Source: Selaginella moellendorffii (lineage: Eukaryota > Plantae > Lycopodiophyta). From it: a stretch of DNA of 10,124 nucleotides. Location of the stretch: contig NW_003314278.1 in the NCBI RefSeq assembly GCF_000143415.4, positions 1,198,542-1,208,665 on the forward strand, written 5' to 3'. The notes under the pieces are model-generated. The model was given only the letters and a program-made list of their open reading frames with translations, had not been told where the DNA came from and did not search any database. Of this stretch, positions 1 through 7,850 are shown in pieces (position 1 is the first letter of the stretch; each line of letters opens with the position of its first letter). The translations under genes were made by a program, and so were the position numbers.

Positions 1-1141
1 GGTGTTTGATGTCGCGAGGGCAATGGATAAAGCCCAAGGGACTAAGTCCCTAGCGAATGATGGATAGAAGGTGCTATCCAAATGTCCAAGGTTGCGGAGA
101 TAGGAGAGGACTGTCTACCCAAGTTGGACAAAGCTAAAAATGGAATTTTGGCAAGGCTAGTGATGGGCATGTAAAGGCCCATAAGCAACAATGTAATCCC
201 AGTGTGTGGGATTATAAGGTGAGCATACCCGGATTGAGGAACCACTCCCTGGGCTATTGGGTAGGTTCATCCCTAAGAATACTTGCTAAGGCATGATAGA
301 AAGTGCAAAGCTATCCTCCTGATCTGGAGGAGAATGACCGAAGGAAAGGTGTGAAGCCAAAGGCAAGTAGTATTGGGATGTAACTGAACCATAGAAATCG
401 AAGGGCATAACCAAGGTTGGTTATGCCAGCTGGGAGTGGGGAATCAAGTGGGGGCTCGAGGGTGTTGCCGCTAGCAACCGTGACGCCATGGAGAGTCTAA
501 GTTATGGAATTGTCCATGTTAGACTATGTGGCATTTGGAAGGCTTGCAAAAGGGAGGCCTTAGCAAGCTGAGGGACAGAGTTCCTTCAAGGTTCCCAAAG
601 ACGATTCTAGGTAGCTTAGTACCTAGAAAGGCCAAGTGTAAATGGTTCATGGAATGCGCGAAATCAGAGTGGCGCAGCAGAAGCGTGGTCTTGAAGCTTG
701 CCATGAGGCAAGGCTATCAAGGTTAGGGAAGTAGTTCCCGAGTGTTCAAAGAGAGGGCTTTGAACGAAAGTCGATGGTCAAGGACTTTCACGCTTATGCA
801 GGAACCATGTTACAGTGGTCGGAGAACTTGCCAAGCGAGATTGGCACGTCGGGGGAACAAATACCCTAGTTGAAGGTGATAACTTCAAAAAGGGTGGGCC
901 ATGGGGCCGAGCATGGAGGAGTCCATGCATGATCACAGACATGTCAAGTGAGAGGACTTGGCAGTGTGGAGGAACTAGGTTCCTAAGCTGTGATCTGTAG
1001 CGCGCTTTAAAAATAAGTTGGTGCACCGGCGTGGGGAGTCACGCCAGGCATCTTGTGTGATGCCGTCCGTAGATGCATATACGGAGGTTGGGTTCGAGTC
1101 CCGACCCTCTAGTGCTTGGGTTCGAGTCCCAAATCACTAGG

Positions 1142-1430
1142 GCGTGGTGATGGTTTGGAATATGAGGACACTCATATTTCGGTGGTCATGGACTCTCAGT
1201 GGGGAGACTGGTTTGGGCACACCGCCAAGCGAGGGATGCCTCGGAGTCGTGATGCACGGTTAGATTGCTTAGTGTGAAAGCTTAGCATATCTAACTTGAA
1301 CGCTTTGGTGCAAGTGGCACCAAGGTCGTGGTGAGTGAGATGGGGACACCTAATCTCAGTTGCTATGAACCCTTGGCCGTAAGGGCTGGCTTAGGTGCAC
1401 CGCCAAGTGTGGGGGATGCCCCCGGGGTTA
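1142..1430 (+). repeat. Diverged internal duplication, period ~178-180 bp (copies ~1142-1250 and ~1326-1430)
   Basis: Collinear shared anchors CGTGGTGA, GGACAC (1166/1344), CACCGCCAAG and GGGATGCC (GATGCC at 1235/1415). Confidence 0.7.
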
Positions 1431-1692
1431 TAGTCAACAACTTGGAGGTCTAGAAGACCAAGTACCTCTTGGCAACTCTGTTAAGGTGCCAAGGTGAGAT
1501 CACTAGGTGATCTTATGGCCAGATAAGGACAAGGTCCTTGGTTGGCTAAGGAACGAAGTTCCTGGTTCAAAATGTTGAAATTGAACTGTTTAAGGTGGTG
1601 TGGCTTGGTCGTGATGACCAAGTGGGAAGAGCACCTAAGGGAAATAAACTATGTCCGTGCGATGGCATAGTGAGTCCGAGGAAAGTAGTCTC

Positions 1693-1700
1693 TATAAAAG
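1693..1700 (+). promoter_or_regulatory. Candidate TATA box (TATAAAAG) within the putative LTR
   Basis: CTCTATAAAAG is the only clear TATA-like word I saw on + in this GC-balanced region. Motif match only. Confidence 0.25.
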
Positions 1701-2450
1701 ACCCATGGGAGGGTCACGAAGTTGGGCCGTGGATAGAGCCCATAGCAGAAGATGCTAAAGAGACGTACTAGGGGTGAACATCCTCCGGACTTGGCAAAGA
1801 AGAGTCTTTGCTATGGAACCGAAACAATACCTCAAGAAGGGAGGTAGAGATTCGATGTTGCTTGGTGCAACAATCAATGGATAGGAGCAAAAGATGAGTG
1901 GCCAAGATAGGGCCGTGGAATCCCTTGGAAGGAATCCAAGTGACAAAGTTAGGCGAGGAACACTAATGTGTTGGACGCTAACAAGTTGCGGGAAAGGAAG
2001 TGTGTTTCCAAGGAGGGATTCCGAAATGCTCCGATTTGGCGAAAGTGGAAGCTCCAAGGGAGGGAGCGGTAAGGTAGCCAAATGATAGGGCCATGAACAG
2101 CCCTAGCACAAAGTATGATAACTGGAACTTTGGCACGAAATAGAAGAGAGGATGATGGTGCCCTCGAGTAGAGAACTTCCTAGGATGGGAAGTGGAGTTG
2201 CACAAAAAGGTGCAAGGCAAGGTGTCGGAGACACCTAGGAAATTGACTCCAAGAAGTCAAAATTCAAAGTTCCAAAGTGCAAAGGTTATATCGATGGAAA
2301 TCGAGACTACTCGAGAAGGAGTAGTGGGATTGAATTAGAGAAGGGTCTCTAAGAGATTTAGCGAGGACTAAACCAATAAAAGGAGAGAACCTCTACATGT
2401 GGTCCAATCAATCTCTAAGTTGGAGAGACTACCCTCCTTAGAGGATAGGC

Positions 2451-2585
2451 AAGGCATGGTGAGCCTTTGGTGTCAAACCATGGAGGCCTATGCAAAAGGC
2501 ATGGTGAGCCTTCAATGTTAAACCATTGACGAATATGGAGAAGGCATGGTGAGCTTTCAATGTCAAACCATTGACAAATATTGGC
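2451..2585. repeat. 45-bp tandem repeat, 3 copies
   Basis: AAGGCATGGTGAGC..TCAATGTCAAACCAT.. units start at 2451, 2496 and 2541. Confidence 0.9.
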
Positions 2586-3102
2586 TAGGTGCCAAGGATG
2601 GAAATGGTAACACATGCGAGTGTTACTTTACAAAATGGTTTACCGTTCGATGAGGACATCGAACTTCGTCTATGGGTGGTGGAGTTGTGAGACACAAAAT
2701 CCCTAGGCCCCAAAGTGGAGCTGGAAGGGCGCCACATGGTAGTGGCCGAAGCGAGAGCCAAACGATGCAACGTGTATGTACATTTCTCCAAGTCCCTTAG
2801 GGACTGATACAAAAAAGCAAGAATCCCTTAGCGCTGTTCACTCAACTACGCTGTCCTGCAATTCTCCACCTAGTAGTGATCGCTGCCCTCCAATCGTGGC
2901 TGCTGTGGTCGTCGCCTCCGCAGTGCATCCAGCGCCAGGAAGCGAGAGCCAAACGAGCGTAACACGTTTGGACCAAAAGCTCCGACTTGAAAAGTCAAGA
3001 GCGGGAGTGGAACTCCCAACGAAGTGCTCGAGGAACGAGCACGAAGCGAGCAAAAGGCGAGGCTCCAAAAAGGGACCCAAAAGGGCCAACACATGACACG
3101 TG

Positions 3103-3451
3103 GGAGTCCGAGATGGACCCGAGTTGGAGTCTGAAGTGGAGTCCGAGATGGACCCGAGTTGGAGTCCGAAGTGGAGTCCGAGATGGACCCGAGTTGGAGT
3201 CCGAAGTGGAGTCCGAGATGGACCCGAGATGGAGTCCGAGATGGAGTCCGAGATGGAGTCCGAGGTGGACCCGAGATGGACCCGAAATGGAGTCCGAGAT
3301 GGAGTCCGAGATGGACCCGAGATGGAGTCCGAGATGGAGTCCGAGGTGGACCCGAGATGGACCCGAAATGGAGTCCGAGATGGAGTCCGAGATGGACCCG
3401 AGATGGAGTCCGAGATGGAGTCCGAGATGGACCCGAGATGGAGTCCGAAGT
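3103..3451. repeat. Minisatellite of 11/12-bp units (GGACCCGAGAT / GGAGTCCGAGAT), 30 units, with higher-order 35-bp x3 and 81-bp x2 blocks
   Basis: Parsed by eye: 35-bp block at 3103, 3138 and 3173; 81-bp block at 3243-3323 and 3324-3404. Confidence 0.95.
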
Positions 3452-3614
3452 CGAGACCGAGACCAGGACCGAGACCGAGACCGAGACCAAGACCGAGATC
3501 GGGACCGAGACCGAGACCGAGGCCGAGGCCTAGACCGAGCCCGAGCCCGAGTCCGAGTCCGAGTCCAAGTCCGAGTCCGAGTCCGAGTCCGAGTCCGAGT
3601 CCGAGTCCGAGTCC
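3452..3614. repeat. Hexamer microsatellite (CCGAGA)n grading to (CCGAGT)n
   Basis: CCGAGA run from ~3452, short CCGAGG/CCGAGC runs at ~3517-3546, then CCGAGT run to 3614. Confidence 0.95.
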
Positions 3615-4622
3615 GGAGCCTGAGAGGGTGAAAGCCCAAAGCGTTCGTCTCCCAGACCCTGGGGGGTTTGGTGAGCTCCAAAAGTATAGTAGGGGGAGGA
3701 CTGCAGTGGAGCCAGTTTGGCCAGGAAAGGCCAGTTTGGCCCAGGAAGGCCGGACCCAGTGTTGGGTGATGAGCTGCCCACTGGGAAGTCCAAGACTAGA
3801 GTGAACACGGACCGACAAGTGGGGTAGCTTGGTGAAGTGTTCAAGAGCCGGCTCTAGTTCCCCCGGGAGATCGACTGGCCGATGCTCCCAGTCCAAGTGT
3901 GGGTGGCACTACCTACTTGGACACCTGTCGTGGCTCAACGGAACCTCGCTCTAAGCCCATGGCTAGAGCACCTAAAGGCGAAAGGCGAGGAGAGTACCCA
4001 GGTGGCTCGCGTAAGGCCACGGTGTTCCGAAATGTTGTCCCGAAGGCCCAGACTGTGGAAAGGAAGAGGAACAGTCCTCTGGGGTAGTGACCAAGGACAC
4101 AGTCGTGTGGTGGGGAAGTCCTAGAGGACCGTGGGACTTAGTGGTCGGGCCTGTGGGTCTTGATCCAGTGGCAGTGTTGGCAAACACGGCCAGGGGCAGA
4201 AAGGGACTTAGTGGGGACTGACAGAGGGATATTGGGGAAGGCTATTCCCCTTGTCGGTGGGCATCCTAAGGATGCTAAGGAGTGGATCTGAGATGACCAC
4301 TCACGGATGGTTTGCCTAGTCTTGGAGAGCCAAGACTGTGATGCAAGTGGTATTGGACTACCAGTGTGGCAAAGGTGATTGGGCATGGCCTTAGCGTAAC
4401 GGGCTGCTATGTCGGTGGTACCTTTGAGTGTCGGTCATGGGATCGGACACGTGGAGCACTTGGACCAAGTGCAAATGTTGAGTGGCATGGATGCCATTCT
4501 CGGGGCTAGCAAGTCCCAAGTCTTGGATTGGACTTATGGAGGTGGTGAATGAGACTCCTCCAAGTGGTCAGAGGTGTGGTTAAGTGACTAAAGTAGAATG
4601 GAAAATTTAGTCGCTTACAACT

Positions 4623-4634
4623 TGGTATCGGAGC
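4623..4634 (+). promoter_or_regulatory. Primer-binding site complementary to the 3' end of initiator tRNA-Met
   Basis: TGGTATCGGAGC versus the canonical plant PBS TGGTATCAGAGC (11/12; the A->G change still allows G-U pairing), 3 nt after TTACA. Confidence 0.85.
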
Positions 4635-4891
4635 TGTTCCTTAGTCCGACTTTTATTGGTGCTCAAGTATATCACCACTAGTGTTGGCATCGGAAGGTCC
4701 GAGGAGTGGGCCTATCCTTGAGGAGTAGCAAGTCGGGAAGACATGGCTCCCCATTACAGTTCATGTATGAACTTGTAGACGAGGTGGTGGATAGAAAAGG
4801 GCCAATAATGGAACGACTTTGGGATCTTGGGAACAGTGCAAGGTTTTCCTCATTGAGTTGAGGATGTGATCCGGATGAGCATTTGTCTCAG
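4635..4891 (+). mobile_element. Start of the internal/leader region of the left LTR element, cut by the gap
   Basis: Directly follows the PBS. No gag ORF visible before the N run. Hairpins continue (4758-4773 AGTTCAT/ATGAACT; 4847-4864 TCCTCA/TGAGGA). Confidence 0.55.
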
Positions 4892-5568
4892 NNNNNNNNN
4901 NNNNNNNNNNNNNNNNNNNNNNNNNNNNNNNNNNNNNNNNNNNNNNNNNNNNNNNNNNNNNNNNNNNNNNNNNNNNNNNNNNNNNNNNNNNNNNNNNNNN
5001 NNNNNNNNNNNNNNNNNNNNNNNNNNNNNNNNNNNNNNNNNNNNNNNNNNNNNNNNNNNNNNNNNNNNNNNNNNNNNNNNNNNNNNNNNNNNNNNNNNNN
5101 NNNNNNNNNNNNNNNNNNNNNNNNNNNNNNNNNNNNNNNNNNNNNNNNNNNNNNNNNNNNNNNNNNNNNNNNNNNNNNNNNNNNNNNNNNNNNNNNNNNN
5201 NNNNNNNNNNNNNNNNNNNNNNNNNNNNNNNNNNNNNNNNNNNNNNNNNNNNNNNNNNNNNNNNNNNNNNNNNNNNNNNNNNNNNNNNNNNNNNNNNNNN
5301 NNNNNNNNNNNNNNNNNNNNNNNNNNNNNNNNNNNNNNNNNNNNNNNNNNNNNNNNNNNNNNNNNNNNNNNNNNNNNNNNNNNNNNNNNNNNNNNNNNNN
5401 NNNNNNNNNNNNNNNNNNNNNNNNNNNNNNNNNNNNNNNNNNNNNNNNNNNNNNNNNNNNNNNNNNNNNNNNNNNNNNNNNNNNNNNNNNNNNNNNNNNN
5501 NNNNNNNNNNNNNNNNNNNNNNNNNNNNNNNNNNNNNNNNNNNNNNNNNNNNNNNNNNNNNNNNNNNN
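4892..5568. other. Assembly gap (677 N)
   Basis: Run of N. Confidence 1.
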
Positions 5569-6409
5569 GTCCTCATATTGCTAGATGATAGCTTACTATG
5601 TCTGCCAACACCCTCGCTATCATGCCCTTTGTGTTAGTCTCATTCCGGTCCCAAATGCTATTTATGGAAAGTGTCTAGATTTGCTCATTTGGCATATCTA
5701 CAGAATATAGAGATTGGCTTGAACACAATGGTGTTCATCCTGTGTCCAAATTCGCAATCTAGCACCATTCCATATTTAGTAAGTTTCAAGCTTGTCCCAG
5801 AGACTAACTCCTGATACTAAGGGAGGCGTGGGGTGAAAGCCCAAAGCATGTGTTCCTCAAGGGGGGGGGGGGGGGTGGGGGAAAGGCTTTGGGGGGTTCC
5901 AAATATATAGTAGGGATAGTGGGTAGGTTGAGCATGGTTGACCAACCTGAGGCATAGTATAGCTCCCGCTTGTGTGCTTGTCTTTGTTCTGCATCTAGCT
6001 TGGGTCTAAGCCCAAGTTCCATTCTATGCTAGCTAGTGGAATACCCATGTCCTTGCGTTAAGCCATTAGTATGCCGAAATAGTGCCAAACTTCGTTTGGC
6101 TCTGTTTGGCTCCATTTTGCATGCTGGTCCTGGCAATGGGATGCTGGTTGCTCTAGGACTATTCCAAGTCGCTCCAGGCTCCTATCCCTTCCTTCTTTGG
6201 GCTATATGCTTAAGAGTTGCTCCGTGGTTTGGTTCCGTCCCTCCTTGGCTCCATGCTTGGGAGTTTGGCACCGTTCCTTTGTTCAATAGCCTAAAGCCCT
6301 GAACCTTGGGTTCCACACCACTGTCTTATGGACACATGGCATGTGACATGTGGTATATGACATGTGGCACATGGAGGGTTTAGGTTCTGCTTCATGGTGT
6401 TATCCTATA
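5569..6409. mobile_element. Second LTR-like non-coding segment, distantly related to the left LTR
   Basis: Shares GGGTGAAAGCCCAAAGC (5831-5847 = 3626-3642) and TCCAAA..TATAGTAGGG (5898-5915 ~ 3677-3694) in the same order and orientation. Contains short hairpins (5720-5737, 5999-6016). Ends ...GGTGTTATCCTATA (possibly a decayed -TACA) at a sharp switch to A-rich sequence. Confidence 0.5.
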
Positions 6410-7099
6410 ATAAATCACCATAAGATAAAAGGTAAAAATCACGTGCACTATAGCACTCCTGTTTGATCCCAAAGTTGGCAAGAAATGACCTCTTTGAAGA
6501 CTGATCAACTTTACCGAGTTGAGTATAACGTAGCAACATAAATACCAACACATAAGATTGTGTTAGTTTACACCACATGATTTTACAACTACACAACATT
6601 TCCTTGAGAAGAACACAACAAATCAAAGACAACAATAACAAAACCAAAAAAGCAAATTCAAGAAAATGATAACTCAAGAAAACTTTAGCACAACATCGAA
6701 TGTACAAACACAACCCTGATCCACTCAAAAACAAGAGCAAGATCAGATACAACAAATACAAGAAGAGAAGAAACAACTCTAGCAAAAATTAGAAGTAGAC
6801 AAGCAATAGAAGACTCAAGTTTAAATTGAAATCCTTGAGACTATATTCAAAACTTTCGACAAAACGACCTAAGCCACACAAGTTGGCAAACCAAGCAACA
6901 TCAACACAACCAATGCTGAGGAAGACACAATCAACCAAAATTTAGACTTAGATCAAGATTTACCACCACTCGAAACTCCTGATTACGAAGATTACAAAAC
7001 CGACAACTTTCAGTCTTATCTAGCTTCTCCAGAAACTGAACCATCACCAACAGTAGAAAGATGGCACTCATCAACTCAGCAACACCCTATGGCATCATG

Positions 7100-7850
7100 A
7101 TTACATATCCAATCTTCACTGGTAACAAAACTGAAGATGTAGAAAGACATTTCCAACAATTCAACCAAATTATGTAAGTCAAACAGCAAGAAGACAATAA
7201 AGAATTTCTATTCCCTTTCACACTTAAAAGAAAAGCATTAAAATAGTATTATAATCTTTTTGAAAAACTTAAGTTTTAAAAAAAAAGTTAAGCAAATCAA
7301 AGAGAAGTACCAACCCAATGGCACAACAACTAAATACTTACAACATCTCAAGAGCATCAAACAAAGCAATAAAGAAGATATCAAAAACTATACCCAAAGA
7401 TTCAAATATCACGCAAAGTGCTACAAAGATCTACTCACTGAACAAGGTAAGTATATTTAGTATGTACAGGGATTGAAGAAGATATACCAACAAATGGTTG
7501 CTCTCGCAAGTACGGAAGAAGATCTAGATATCAAGAACTCTATTGACAATATTTCCATGAAAATCAAGAACCTCGAGAAATAGCTCTGAAAATTTTTAAG
7601 AGTAGAAACAACAAGAACAAACGACTCTTCTGATGATAAGGAAGAATACAAACTCAAAGTTATGAAGAAAGACAAGAATCAAGAACTTACCAAAATACTC
7701 AAGAAAGTTACAATCAAAAACGAACTTAAAGAAGGAGTATGGTGTACGAAATGTAAGAACAAAGGACACATCCTAATAGAGTGTAAACTACTGAATCCTA
7801 GGTATTAAATCTGTGAAAAAGAAGGATATATAGCAAAGATCTGTCGATAC
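7100..7850 (+). pseudogene. gag: Retrotransposon Gag (capsid + nucleocapsid) pseudogene
   Basis: ITYPIFTGNKTEDVERHFQQF...LFPFTLKRKALK*YYNL (7100-~7258), a frameshift, then LKSIKQSNKEDIKNYTQRF (major-homology-like). Intact CX2CX4HX4C knuckle CTKCKNKGHILIEC at 7743-7784 and a decayed second knuckle Y*ICEKEGYIAKIC at 7803-7844. The frame probably starts further upstream (~6700). Confidence 0.88.

Larger units (their letters stand above)
1..4619 (+). mobile_element. Putative long LTR (5' boundary not identified, probably outside the window) of an LTR retrotransposon; non-coding and hairpin-dense
   Basis: Ends in ...GTCGCTTACA (4619), with a 3-nt spacer (ACT) before a tRNA-Met PBS, which is the canonical LTR/PBS junction. 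No retroelement protein motifs were recognised in 1-4619. The + strand is G-rich with internal tandem repeats. The upstream extent is inference: part could be non-coding internal sequence or another element. Confidence 0.6.

Noticed and set aside
996-1005. TGTAGCGCGC as the 5' start of the left LTR
   Set aside because: Only a partial match to the expected TGTAAGCGAC. Composition and hairpin density are unchanged across it, and there is no PPT upstream.
1021-1140. Genuine tRNA gene or tRNA-derived SINE
   Set aside because: B-box present, but no convincing A-box/D-loop, 7-nt anticodon loop, 7-bp acceptor stem, tail or TSD. Kept only as a tRNA-like finding.
42-2812. Short 60-110 aa ORFs in the left region
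   Set aside because: No recognisable domains; lengths are as expected by chance in ~50% GC sequence.
3103-3614. CRISPR-like array
   Set aside because: Units are adjacent with no unique spacers, there are no cas genes, and the context is eukaryotic retroelement.
2838-3896. Several overlapping long ORFs (GL-, RP/SP-, SD-, RD-repeat proteins) on both strands
   Set aside because: They are open only because the CCGAG satellite lacks stops in most frames. No domain motifs; multiple frames on both strands are equally open.
4761-5588. Long ORFs of X residues
   Set aside because: Artefacts of the N gap.
5859-5877. Polypurine tract followed by TG as the start of a 3' LTR
   Set aside because: The G run lies inside a module whose sequence on both sides is homologous to the interior of the left LTR-like region, so it is unlikely to be an LTR boundary. 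Not fully excluded.
1-6409. Hammerhead ribozyme (retrozyme)
   Set aside because: I found no CTGANGA...GAAA core with proper stems on either strand by eye. GTGATGAG near 3766 lacks the downstream GAAA.
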